A stretch of DNA of 64,000 nucleotides from positions 1 to 64,000 of the IMG/VR virus record IMGVR_UViG_3300032164_000006; one strand, given 5' to 3'. The stretch comes from a virus. The notes under the pieces were generated by a model that was not told where the DNA came from, ran no database searches, and saw only the letters and a program-made list of their open reading frames with translations. A program made the position numbers and the translations under genes. How positions within the stretch are numbered: position 1 is the stretch's first letter; the number at the start of each line of letters is the position of its first letter. This document shows, in pieces, positions 49,301 to 57,227 of the stretch.

Positions 49301-52005
49301 GTTCACCAACAAAGACCCCACTCAACAAAGTAAACTCTGGACGGCTATATGGCTCCACAGCTTTAGAAGGTCTACTCAGCGTCGATGCATCTGTTATCCT
49401 AACCGACAACATCCAAGTAAACCAACTTTCTGGAGCACCATACTCGTCCCCAACAAAAAAGATGTGGACTATTGTTGCTGCAGACGGAACTGGCGACTAC
49501 ACGAGCATCAGCTCTGCTTGTTCTAACATGCCAGAGGGAACTACATTTTTCATAAGAAACGGAGCCTACACCGAAGGTGTAATTTCTGCAAAAGCAGGAC
49601 AGAAATTCATAGGGGAATCAAAGGCTGGAGTCCGAATAACGGCTTCTAGTGGTGTGCTGTTCCAGCCAACTGGATACTATGCTGGTGGATGGCGTTCGTC
49701 TCTCAACTCGACAACATACGAAGAATTTTCATCGACAGAAAACCTCGGTCTAGCTTCGACAACCCACAACAGTACGACAGTCTCGTACAGCGGAACAGGT
49801 TCGAACCCATCTGCGAACCAGTATGTAAGGATGTGCGGAGAGTGGTACAAGTTAATCAGCGTAGACACGGGTCTAAAAACATTCGTAATAGACAGAGCGT
49901 TTACAAAAGGAACCTACACCCAAATTCCAGTGCTTATGATGTCATTAAATACCGGATTCTACGAACTCCACACTTATCAAAGTGGTGGAATGGAATTCAA
50001 AAACATGACCATACTTTCTGGAACGCAAACCAACTTCCAAGGCTTCAACATCACATCGCAGGTTGGTCTTGTTATAGAAAACATAGACGTCATCGGTGAG
50101 AACGCCTCGGCTGGTTTCACTCCATTCTACCTGTACTCTTGCGTAGGGATGAGAATGAGAGATTGCGGACAGTACGCTATGGGAACAACAACACTCAACT
50201 CAAAGTCTCAGATAACATCTGGATGGGAAAACGTAATAGAAAATCACGTTATCTTTGGTGGATACCAAACAGAGATCTACGGCTCTGCACAGTCTCCAGC
50301 ATATAGGTGCAAGTATCACTTCAGAAACATCACTTGCACCGATGCAATGTTCCAATTCTTTAGGGCAATGTATGAGTGCGAGATTGAAGTTGAGCGTGGA
50401 CAAGCCGAAAGAGTTACATCTCAGACAGGAGACGCTCCATCTAGGTGTGTATTCCGCTTTGGAAAGATACGCACAACCCAAGGAAGCATAATCAAGAGTA
50501 TAGGCTGTCAGTTCCATATTGGAGATTGGATTGATAGTGCTGGATCTACGTTATCGCTCGGAAAAGGTTCTAACGGAGTCAGCTTTACTCCATACAACAA
50601 GTTGATGTCTGGAAACTTTGGCGGAGCGTTGTCAGTTGACGGAAGTGTTGTAATAACAGATGGATTCCAATACACCGGAACTCTAACCGGAACTCCAGCC
50701 TACAAACCTATTCTTAGTGCTGCTCCAAAACAATATGACTATGTTGTAGATCCTGCTGGAGGGGGAAGCCACACAACAATCCAAGCTGCTGTCGCCGCTG
50801 CTATAGACGGGAAAACCATATACGTTAGGAACGGGAACTACGACATGCTAGGTGTTTCCGCATCGGCAGCTAATGGCTTGTCTATTATCGGTGAAACAAT
50901 GGACGGTGTGAGAATCTCATCTAGTTCGGATATGTTCGGTGTTTCTGGGGGAGGCCTCATGATGCGAGCTAGAACACAGCTGATAGCAAACCAGACAACC
51001 TTTGATACCACAACCAATATTGGAACTGTGACTGTAACGAACGGGAGTACAGCCGTTGTTTACACTGGAGATCTTACTGGAATTAGCGGCTCAATCACAA
51101 TAGGGGATGCTATTGCTCTAGGCTCGTCTGAGTTGTATTCTGTTGCTGGAATAAACACAGGAACAAAAACAATCACACTCAATACGGCATACATTGGAGC
51201 CTCTGGTGCTGGACTACCATGTTTCATAACATTCGGTACTCCTACAAACTTAACGAGATCATGTTTCACTCTGAAAAATGTAACTCTCATTTTGACTGCA
51301 GGAAACCAATGTATCCAAGCAAATAATGCCTACAAATTGCATCTCGAAAACATCACATGTTTCCATGCAAACACAGGCGGATCTGGTCTTGTTACGATGC
51401 AAAGTGGATTCAGAAACAAATTAATCAACGTCAGGACAATTTCAACATCTGCTGCTGGATATGCTGCTTTCAATTGCACCGGAGCGTGGGGACTAGAATT
51501 TGTGAACGTTGAATGTGAAAGATCAAAATACAACTATTGGGGTGGTGGAACAACAATTCCTAGTCTGTATTGTGACCTCCACTTCAAGAGGATTACAGAA
51601 TCACCTGCTCTATTTTTCCTAGGATGGGGTGGTCAAGCATTCTGTTCACTTGTGATAGACCATATTGAGGGGTGTCGTGGTGGGTTCATGCAAGATGGCG
51701 GTGGAACAGCTGAAGACCTATGGCATTTTTATGTGGAAATAAAACGTATGTCGAATTGTGCTGGACAGATATCTCTGTTCGGTAGGAATGTAACATTCGT
51801 TGGTGGGCATCTACATCATGCTGGTTATTTCAGGCTTAAATCTAGGCAGGGTTCGACAAACAACGTGATGATGAGTGGGATGTTTACATCAATCCCAGCC
51901 AGCAATTTGGAGGTGGATAGCTCCACAATTATTTGTTCGGCTGTTAACTATCCGACAGGTGCTCTGTCTGGTAGTCCAAAACGCAACGATGGTTTCGCGT
52001 TCTAA
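43357..52005 (+). CDS. giant tail fibre/tailspike (2882 aa) with four tandem pectin-lyase-like beta-helix modules
   Basis: Four VV[DA]xxGxG[DS]xT[ST][LI]xxA..I[FY][IV]RNGxY..[IF][IL]GE-like cap motifs at ~423-aa spacing; RBS AAGGAG. Confidence 0.85.
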   Translation: MTHSNQILDRKNRAHVRSTVGENLENILDLVDDRLSYPMEVSIGGYTITIGSGLLQSAESNSLDGKSDSYRVGVPPLAGLETKPVVSSLVLNTGAYDGDFEVPTNPTLTPNQYIRMGIELRPDGKYYAVFGTPSALLTGCGYPPFAIGASIQIMVIDLQDSGSGGNWSYKVPAKKDVIVFNNPSAGGGGTPNAKLMGGGVWAASNNLGDTQLEWNGVAYVSLPGLQKERNTIQPDIISLAEDEAAYVILNKLAGPNEDLVVQKDLFVNIFPYNPNLFLIARGFAGGVLVGNSCFSLIHGESKELDTGMSIQNRQLLGSDVDETTSVPEYSLRGAPERTLDDTQPVLEALSSVDAEIDKFFGQLRIIPHESDTNKIRITGVDFTMKDGSILSQEIASLLLKFDGAVVNLTTGGVFASNGTTPIGINFTPATIPLSSYNWYSIGLVANTITANGAMTAQLIVLSGGPNTSSSATTIPSFAGSKKVGLVQVQNSGGSIVRTAIRQLGAGTGSGGGISNAKLINGGKFYWTGEIESVSSNSVSPNSVNINNMFSDWNAWQTFVAVGSGLTKFSSTAFSRSNSGVTGVLRGYLYAVNQSTGLPIATLLATSINTVPIETLETQSSVKQYTPVTFNFSGETLVPGTRYCVLVKVVSISGGWIAPYINNTNPLPNEKAGIQFSGLSETVGMDINMSVGQLGVGTLSWDSAAYVSMPGLDFARNTIPVGSSSLGLDEALYVKVSTLDGVAANLTVERGNITDISPYDSSIFIFAVKTAEGVVVGDTLLAAGQSRKLDDNRVFTFNSSSPATLTTLTSTKYVGGYYFPLGGRIKSGVVIYGNVVSDGNLTIETNVTIFGSVTTNGNNLEFDSTYASANETIKIYGDLLSGWTYFTSATNSRQHTLTVYGSVTAGSFYLDTLNSTSDMLSIEVKRSFITSEFSAYTKTNNSVTVAAITVRGDLICSQGLTIKHLETSTAQGYRTTIGGNLIVQGSLVYGFYDSATGNSSSSSLGYLDVRGVTKISGNASFNARSEHVFYGETYIGGNLFVYSAVNNVTETKIKFRGNVSVNGEVTLAAPTGTSVVGQYTIEAYSEFRARALKKVYSNTYASVRGYGKTDYRIPKIYADGVLADKQVYFLMSDSAGQMSLETYKNTNVDVKLANVGFTVLKTLTDGLALMRKYNWNNDQAYVVQYGRDDSMYDIVVDASGKGDYTSLRLALLAAGENDTIFIRNGVYNETTDSLYLKSGQSIIGESRDGVILTTSTTSWFFSAYNRIGGLYSTYPATSNLGFDSATGIGTVSITNGSRLVTYTGTTHPSDGKIAYILGDWYTISNTDTVNKTFNVDRDIFKRTQTGLPWRFATTQGGVDYSVTPNQFLRIKNLTYKATTAASFLYANACANIEVENVDVISTAWNSSSNAIIYGQNMTNVSARNIRFYNKNTTAGADEPNVLYVYAAWDCSFTEWEVYGGKYMRMDGSAGAAMNYHCKVHFSRFESDALMWLSLGFCQECDFSFGVINCNQFCQSEFNFHKCRLDFFETRMFGGSSYIRGQDNIVNFGNMYLDGASFYVNKAQASGYLSKNILVSGNVIGTGTLYLDDSVYLGDSVYVQTLGGTAPARTPTPRTSAVVLDAAGGGDATTLAAAITKAGNYGSIFVRNGTYTMSSGVSLSIGQTILGESKNGVILEFTGGYISMPYPVSYNIGTSFTNGDPRTPSTTYACGFLTLTTSSRTIAYSGDIAPTVGNILRVQGEWFEVMTVDSGAKTFTVDKDVRHAPFSNVWCKFYQKQYGVNISQNPSIRSSIKNLTVKMTSGNMAINVGSCCDVEDVDIIDVAASGYGGMLQGGQGICDTNVRRVKIINANINSGATTTYLRAIYLSGAQDCTFENIECHHTNNDMIGGASFNNPVINCKFHFLRKVGSGPAFQPLGYMTECDLTIDFMEHTNLQDVSASCCLYNCRVKFGQSRFTGNVYMYSLGSTFDLGHMWNVGYAYVISGSPTKTPLNKVNSGRLYGSTALEGLLSVDASVILTDNIQVNQLSGAPYSSPTKKMWTIVAADGTGDYTSISSACSNMPEGTTFFIRNGAYTEGVISAKAGQKFIGESKAGVRITASSGVLFQPTGYYAGGWRSSLNSTTYEEFSSTENLGLASTTHNSTTVSYSGTGSNPSANQYVRMCGEWYKLISVDTGLKTFVIDRAFTKGTYTQIPVLMMSLNTGFYELHTYQSGGMEFKNMTILSGTQTNFQGFNITSQVGLVIENIDVIGENASAGFTPFYLYSCVGMRMRDCGQYAMGTTTLNSKSQITSGWENVIENHVIFGGYQTEIYGSAQSPAYRCKYHFRNITCTDAMFQFFRAMYECEIEVERGQAERVTSQTGDAPSRCVFRFGKIRTTQGSIIKSIGCQFHIGDWIDSAGSTLSLGKGSNGVSFTPYNKLMSGNFGGALSVDGSVVITDGFQYTGTLTGTPAYKPILSAAPKQYDYVVDPAGGGSHTTIQAAVAAAIDGKTIYVRNGNYDMLGVSASAANGLSIIGETMDGVRISSSSDMFGVSGGGLMMRARTQLIANQTTFDTTTNIGTVTVTNGSTAVVYTGDLTGISGSITIGDAIALGSSELYSVAGINTGTKTITLNTAYIGASGAGLPCFITFGTPTNLTRSCFTLKNVTLILTAGNQCIQANNAYKLHLENITCFHANTGGSGLVTMQSGFRNKLINVRTISTSAAGYAAFNCTGAWGLEFVNVECERSKYNYWGGGTTIPSLYCDLHFKRITESPALFFLGWGGQAFCSLVIDHIEGCRGGFMQDGGGTAEDLWHFYVEIKRMSNCAGQISLFGRNVTFVGGHLHHAGYFRLKSRQGSTNNVMMSGMFTSIPASNLEVDSSTIICSAVNYPTGALSGSPKRNDGFAF

Positions 52006-52427
52006 CTGTCTTCAGTTTGTTCTTCACTCTACTTTCGGAGAAACTGAGGTTTGCCGACAGTTAGAGGAAAGACCCTAACTGTCTTCAGTTTGTTCTTCAC
52101 TCTACTTTCGGAGAAACTGAGGTTTGCGGACAGTGGTTGGAAAGACCCTAACTGACTAGAACTACAGAATGAAGGACCTTTTGCGGACAGTTAAGAAAAA
52201 GACCCTAACTGTCTTCAGTTTGTTCTTCACTCCACTTTAGAGGAAACTGAGGTTTGCCGACAGTTGAGTGAAAGACCTTAACTGACTAGAACTACAGAAT
52301 GAAGGACCTTTTGCGGACAGTTAGAGGAAAGACCCTAAGTGTCTTCAGTTTGTTCTTCACTCTACTTTGAGTGAAATTGGCGTTTGCCGACAGTTGAGAA
52401 AAAGACCCTAACTGTCTTCTAAAAATG
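52002..52427. repeat. structured repeat array 2: inverted copy of array 1, same A-B-A-B-A-A order
   Basis: On the minus strand cores start at 52416, 52343, 52286, 52213, 52156, 52083, 52010 (spacings 73/57/73/57/73/73); same outer flank CATTTTTAGAA. Confidence 0.95.
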
Positions 52428-52568
52428 CTTTACCATTCTAACTTGGTAATGGCTTCCAAACTCACCAAAAAGCACATCCTATTCAACATCTACATTCTTC
52501 CTCTAGATTTTTTAAAACAATTTGGTTAAGATATACTCACACCCAATCAGAACTTTGCGAGGACGCAG

Positions 52569-53483
52569 ATGTTGGATCTTATCAAGGCTAGAATTAGCAG
52601 ACTTGAAGAGGTATGTCCGACTATAGAAGTTGGAAACGCCTCGTATCCAACAAAGGGTGGTGACGACGACTGCCTATGGCTTGGTCTACTTGCATCGGTT
52701 GGCTATCAACCAGCAATGGACGGTGTGTTTGAATGCCAGAAGAGAGTTGGGGAGCAAGAAGGTTTATTCCTTGGAAATCCAAAGCTGGCAGCAAACGAAA
52801 AACAAGATCAATCAATCTTCTCTAGCGACATGGCTCTAGGCGTGTTGTGTTGGCTTGTGTCGTCGGAATACTCTGGTCGGAGTGTTCTTGCGGCTGAATT
52901 GTGGCTGAAATGGATAAATAAGAACAGACGGTGTTTGATACCAAATCCAAAAATTTTTGGAGGCGGCTGTCTGCTCCACGGTGGGTACAGATACGCACCA
53001 AGCAAAGACAAACGCTCTAACATCACACCTACAATGTGGTCTTTGATGGGTAGAGTTTGGGATCACAGAGGGTTAGAGCCACACAAGATGATGGAATTTG
53101 CCGAAGGGACTTTCGCTATAGTAGAGGATGAAGTTTCTGTTCTAGAAGCAGAATTTTGTGCCCTAGGCTATCAGCTACACCTAAAGGCTGTTCAAGCATA
53201 TATTAAGCTCCAGATTCAACAGTCGACAGAGTGCAGAAAGAAAGTGACAAAAATGTGTCACGCACGTTTACCAGCAAACCTATTCTACAAAGTCCTTTAC
53301 CAAGAAGGTGCATCGAAAGAAGACATGGAAGTTTTCTTGACAATGTTGCCGAACCCAATGACCTTTCGCCCACAGAACTATTGGTTGTGGGAGAGAGAAG
53401 ATTATACGGAAGCGGTAAGACAAGGAAATATGTGTGGATGGGACATGGTGTTCCTAGGGAAGTTAATTCTCCAATTCACATAA
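52569..53483 (+). CDS. hypothetical helical protein (possible alpha/alpha-barrel enzyme)
   Basis: 304 aa, RBS GAGG; DDDCLWLGLL..FSSDMALGVL..WLWER motifs; function unknown. Confidence 0.6.
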   Translation: MLDLIKARISRLEEVCPTIEVGNASYPTKGGDDDCLWLGLLASVGYQPAMDGVFECQKRVGEQEGLFLGNPKLAANEKQDQSIFSSDMALGVLCWLVSSEYSGRSVLAAELWLKWINKNRRCLIPNPKIFGGGCLLHGGYRYAPSKDKRSNITPTMWSLMGRVWDHRGLEPHKMMEFAEGTFAIVEDEVSVLEAEFCALGYQLHLKAVQAYIKLQIQQSTECRKKVTKMCHARLPANLFYKVLYQEGASKEDMEVFLTMLPNPMTFRPQNYWLWEREDYTEAVRQGNMCGWDMVFLGKLILQFT

Positions 53484-53577
53484 TAGCCAAAATTTTAAAA
53501 AGATAAATATTGAATTCCCATCCCATGTAGATGGTAAAATTACTCATGACATTACTTTCACCAAGAAGGAGAAGAGT

Positions 53578-54456
53578 ATGTTCAAGTGGATAACAACCCT
53601 AGTGCTGGTTCTGGTCGGGTGTGGTTCGTCAATTGGATTGGCGAAAACCACGTTCATGGAAGAAAACGACCTCTACAGAGAGGACACAATGTTCTTGTCG
53701 AACATGCAAGAAAACGAGTTCTACGACATCTTAAATGAAGTCCAAGGACAGTTTGGGTGGATCTCACAGCAAACTGGAATGAGACTTGAAATTATAGGTG
53801 AATGGGATAACTCGGAAGTGAACGCCTACGCAAACATCGAAGGAAATGTTCGTAAGGTGGTTATCTATGGTGGTCTTGCTAGACGACCAGAAGTAACTCT
53901 CGACGGGCTGTCGCTTGTTGTGTGCCATGAACTCGGGCACCATATCGCAGGATTTCCATTCTACGCTGGACAAGGTCAGTGGGCTTCTAACGAGGGTAAC
54001 AGTGACTATTTTTCAACTCTAGGGTGTGGTCGGATTCTTTGGAACGGAAAAGCAGCTGAAAATGCTGAATTTGCAGCCATTGTTCCACAATATCCGAAAA
54101 GTCTTTGCGACAAGGTATGGTCAGGCGAGGGTGACAGAAATCTTTGCTACAGAGCAATGGTTGCTGGAAAATCTTTGGGGGACCTACTTGCAAGACTTGG
54201 CGGTAGAACTGTGAATTACGAGACACCAGACAGACGCATCGTAGCGAAAACGTCTGACTCACATCCACAGGCTCAGTGTCGCCTTGACACCTACATGCAA
54301 GGAGCACTTTGCACAGGGACATGGAGGCATGGAGCAATCCCTAGAACAGAGCAGCAAGCCTTCGCTAGTTCGTGTCCATCAAACAAATGGTTCGGCTATC
54401 GACCAAAGTGCTGGTTCAAACCATCTTTTGGAGTCAAGAAACCAAAGGCTGACTAA
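53578..54456 (+). CDS. exported/lipoprotein zinc metalloprotease (M48-like, HEXXH)
   Basis: Signal peptide with lipobox LVGC; VNAYA..GGLARR..CHELGHH..NEGNSDYF..HP..CRL; many Cys. Confidence 0.8.
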   Translation: MFKWITTLVLVLVGCGSSIGLAKTTFMEENDLYREDTMFLSNMQENEFYDILNEVQGQFGWISQQTGMRLEIIGEWDNSEVNAYANIEGNVRKVVIYGGLARRPEVTLDGLSLVVCHELGHHIAGFPFYAGQGQWASNEGNSDYFSTLGCGRILWNGKAAENAEFAAIVPQYPKSLCDKVWSGEGDRNLCYRAMVAGKSLGDLLARLGGRTVNYETPDRRIVAKTSDSHPQAQCRLDTYMQGALCTGTWRHGAIPRTEQQAFASSCPSNKWFGYRPKCWFKPSFGVKKPKAD

Positions 54457-54473
54457 CTTCTGGGGAAACAAAC

Positions 54474-54815
54474 ATGGATAGCCTACTGAATGGTCAGTCT
54501 CTGGTAACAGTCACAATTGTGATTGTGATTGTTACTCTATTAAAAATTATAGAATTTTTAATAGAAAAAATATCGAGTGAGAAATCAAAATTAACAAGGG
54601 TTGAGCAAGAACAATTAAAGGAAATACACTCGCTCGTTTCTGCAAGAGACAACGACGGTATGCCTTTGTTCTACATCCCTAGGTCGTGGGCTGATCTGCA
54701 GCGAATCATGTTAGACAAGATGGAGAAGATAACCCATAGTCAAGAACGCACAACGTATGTGATGGAGACAATTATTAAGTCTCTAGAGAACTTATCTAAA
54801 ACAGGGGGAAGATGA
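54474..54815 (+). CDS. holin-like single-pass membrane protein
   Basis: N-terminal hydrophobic helix LVTVTIVIVIVTLLKIIEFLI followed by a coiled coil. Confidence 0.45.
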   Translation: MDSLLNGQSLVTVTIVIVIVTLLKIIEFLIEKISSEKSKLTRVEQEQLKEIHSLVSARDNDGMPLFYIPRSWADLQRIMLDKMEKITHSQERTTYVMETIIKSLENLSKTGGR

Positions 54816-54816
54816 T

Positions 54817-55179
54817 ATGGAACATAGTGCAGTAGAAAAAATGAGCATCGACGAACTCAAGGTTCTAGTTGGCTTTATCGCCAAACTTGGAGGCACGACA
54901 TGGGAGATTATGGAAGATGGAAAGGTTGGAATACGCGACCTCCCGCAACTGTGGACCATCCTTCGAGCGGCTCAAGCAATTGTTCAAGTAAACTACGGGA
55001 AAGTGGCTCTTGAACTAGGTGATCTATCTGATGAGGAAAAGGATGAGTTAGGTCAAATTTTCCGTGATGGTTTCAGTGGACCAATAGAGGACATCGAGCG
55101 TACATTAGAATGTGTTGTTACTGTCGCCATTGAGCTATACGACCTCGTCACCCGACTAGTAAAGCTCTTTAAACGATAA
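54817..55179 (+). CDS. hypothetical protein
   Basis: RBS GGGGGA; helical, with EDGKV..DL..ELGDLS.EE motif. Confidence 0.6.
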   Translation: MEHSAVEKMSIDELKVLVGFIAKLGGTTWEIMEDGKVGIRDLPQLWTILRAAQAIVQVNYGKVALELGDLSDEEKDELGQIFRDGFSGPIEDIERTLECVVTVAIELYDLVTRLVKLFKR

Positions 55180-55208
55180 GCTGTATTCGGTCTTTGATCT
55201 CCGAGACT

Positions 55209-55258
55209 GCACACCTATATTTTGGCTGCCATGCCATTCTGTAGGTGTGCTTTTTTTT
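55209..55258 (+). terminator. rho-independent terminator
   Basis: GCACACCTATA...TGTAGGTGTGC stem followed by T8. Confidence 0.75.
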
Positions 55259-55356
55259 AAAAAAAGCCTTGCACTATTTTACCCATTGGTGTAAATAACC
55301 ATAACATACGTTAATACACTTTTCCGCACAGGCGAAAATACGTTTTAGGATTATGG

Positions 55357-56817
55357 ATGTTTATTGAAATCAGAGAACAGTTATTTCTACGTTCAACCAA
55401 TACAGAAATCACAAATGAGATTAAGTCGCTTCTGGACAAGCCAAATCCAGACTACCTAAAGCTCAAGCGTATGGGTTATCCAACAGAAAAAGTACCACCA
55501 AGAATAAGAATGTACGAGATTGACGAAGGTGTCGTTATTGTGCCTAGGGGTGCGTGGCGAACAGTCAACGAGGTATGCAAGAAACATGGTGTGCAGGTCA
55601 GTTACGAGGATAACAGAACAGTAGTTGACGAGATGGAGATTGAGATAAGCGAAGAGTTGACGCCTTTCTGGTATCAAGAAGAAGCCATAAATAAAATGAT
55701 TAAGTTCCAGCAAGGCATGGTCGTAGCACCGTGTGGAGCGGGAAAATCCGTTATAGGATGTGCGTTCATTGCAAGGCTACGCAAGCCAACTATCATAGTT
55801 GTCCACACGCTAGAACTATTCAAACAGTGGGAAGACATGGTGCGTGAGCACCTTAATTTTCCTGGAAAAATAGGAAAGATTGGTGGCGGCACGAAAACCC
55901 TAGGCAACATAACCATAGCAATGATCCAAACGCTAGTGAAGTCATCCCCAAAAGAATGGAGCGAAATACAATCCAAGTTTGAAATTTTCATAGGAGACGA
56001 ATCTCACCACTTCGGTGCCGAGTCTTATATCAAGTGTATGCGGAACATCAGGGCGAAATATGCCATAGGATTGACAGCCACACCAAAACGAAAAGACAAG
56101 AAAGATTTCGTAATCCACAATTATCTAGGCAATGTAATCTACGAGATAACGGACAGTGACCTTGAAATGATGGGACGTTCGCTGACGTGCAAGTGCAAGA
56201 TAGTTGAGACAAAAAGAAATTATAACTACACAAAAATGAATGAGATGCTTCCAGTATTAGGGACAGTGATAGCAAAAGACAAAACAAGAAATGAAATTAT
56301 AGTTGAAAAAATAAAAGAGGATATAGATGACGGTAGGACTGTACTTGTTCTTATCGAGCGTGTTGCCCACGGAAAAATACTATATTCTCTATTAAAACAA
56401 GAACAAATAAAAGTTGAATTGATTTCAGGTGCTGTTGACGCTAATACAAGAAGCAAGATTAAAAGCAAAATGAAAACTGGACAATTAGAGGTGTTAGTAG
56501 CGAACAAGGCAATTGCCGCAGAAGGCTTAGATATACCCATTATAGATTCAGTTCACATATGTTTTTGGACAAGCAACGTATCGCTAGTGAAGCAAATGAT
56601 AGGTAGAGGGAGAAGACCTTACGAGGGTAAGGAATTCTGTAGAGTTTGGTTCTATAAAGACAATGTTTGTAGAACAGAGTTAGATGGTAATTTTCGTGAG
56701 GTGCTTCGTGAAGTGCCAACGTTCAAGTATTCGTTTAGTAGATTAACTTCGTGGTTGGAATCTCAGTCATTTACAGTGGTAAATGACAGAGACCACAACA
56801 TGAAGGAGCTTTTTTAG
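55357..56817 (+). CDS. superfamily 2 DEAD/DEAH-type helicase (UvsW/XPB-like)
   Basis: YQEEA Q-motif, APCGAGKS, DESHH, GLTATP, EGLDIP, QMIGRGRR. Confidence 0.92.
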   Translation: MFIEIREQLFLRSTNTEITNEIKSLLDKPNPDYLKLKRMGYPTEKVPPRIRMYEIDEGVVIVPRGAWRTVNEVCKKHGVQVSYEDNRTVVDEMEIEISEELTPFWYQEEAINKMIKFQQGMVVAPCGAGKSVIGCAFIARLRKPTIIVVHTLELFKQWEDMVREHLNFPGKIGKIGGGTKTLGNITIAMIQTLVKSSPKEWSEIQSKFEIFIGDESHHFGAESYIKCMRNIRAKYAIGLTATPKRKDKKDFVIHNYLGNVIYEITDSDLEMMGRSLTCKCKIVETKRNYNYTKMNEMLPVLGTVIAKDKTRNEIIVEKIKEDIDDGRTVLVLIERVAHGKILYSLLKQEQIKVELISGAVDANTRSKIKSKMKTGQLEVLVANKAIAAEGLDIPIIDSVHICFWTSNVSLVKQMIGRGRRPYEGKEFCRVWFYKDNVCRTELDGNFREVLREVPTFKYSFSRLTSWLESQSFTVVNDRDHNMKELF

Positions 56818-56830
56818 CAGGTAAAACCAC

Positions 56831-57227
56831 AACATCTTTTTTTACGAAAAGATGTTTTAAAAAAATCATTCTCGGAAGGTAGTTTATGACTTTTTCTAGG
56901 TCCATCTACGGTGCATCCTTTTGTCTAAATAACAAGTTTGGAACAATCCTACAAGGACATTTACGCACCCTGTCTGATTATTCACGGTCCTACATATCTA
57001 CGTTCATACTACTGCGTAGCAGTAGTGTGAACTGTGTAGATATATATGATCCACAAAATATTCCAGCCAGTGTTCAAATCCCCTTGTCGAATAGACCGCT
57101 CGCGTGTGCGTTGATCCACCCAAGGCAACCTAGGGCAATGTACCTTTCGGCACACACTTTCCAAAAGCACAAAACACACCCTAGGCTGTCTGCAAACTGT
57201 TTGGGGTGCGTGGGTATTGGTTCCCTA
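56831..57227 (+). other. structured intergenic region (candidate ncRNA, leader or replication origin)
   Basis: Hairpins at 56831-56856, 56991-57045 (14-bp + 8-bp stems) and nested stems at 57130-57227; G-T pairs favour a + strand RNA. Confidence 0.45.

Noticed and set aside
52002-52427. TIGR-Tas guide array or DGR template repeat next to the tail fibre
   Set aside because: No Nop-domain protein or reverse transcriptase is recognisable in the window, there is no unique dual-spacer pattern, and the array does not match fibre coding sequence with adenine-specific differences.
55269-55297. Promoter upstream of the SF2 helicase (TTGCAC-17 bp-TAAATA)
   Set aside because: The -35 is plausible but the -10 lacks the conserved final T; too weak to list as a feature.
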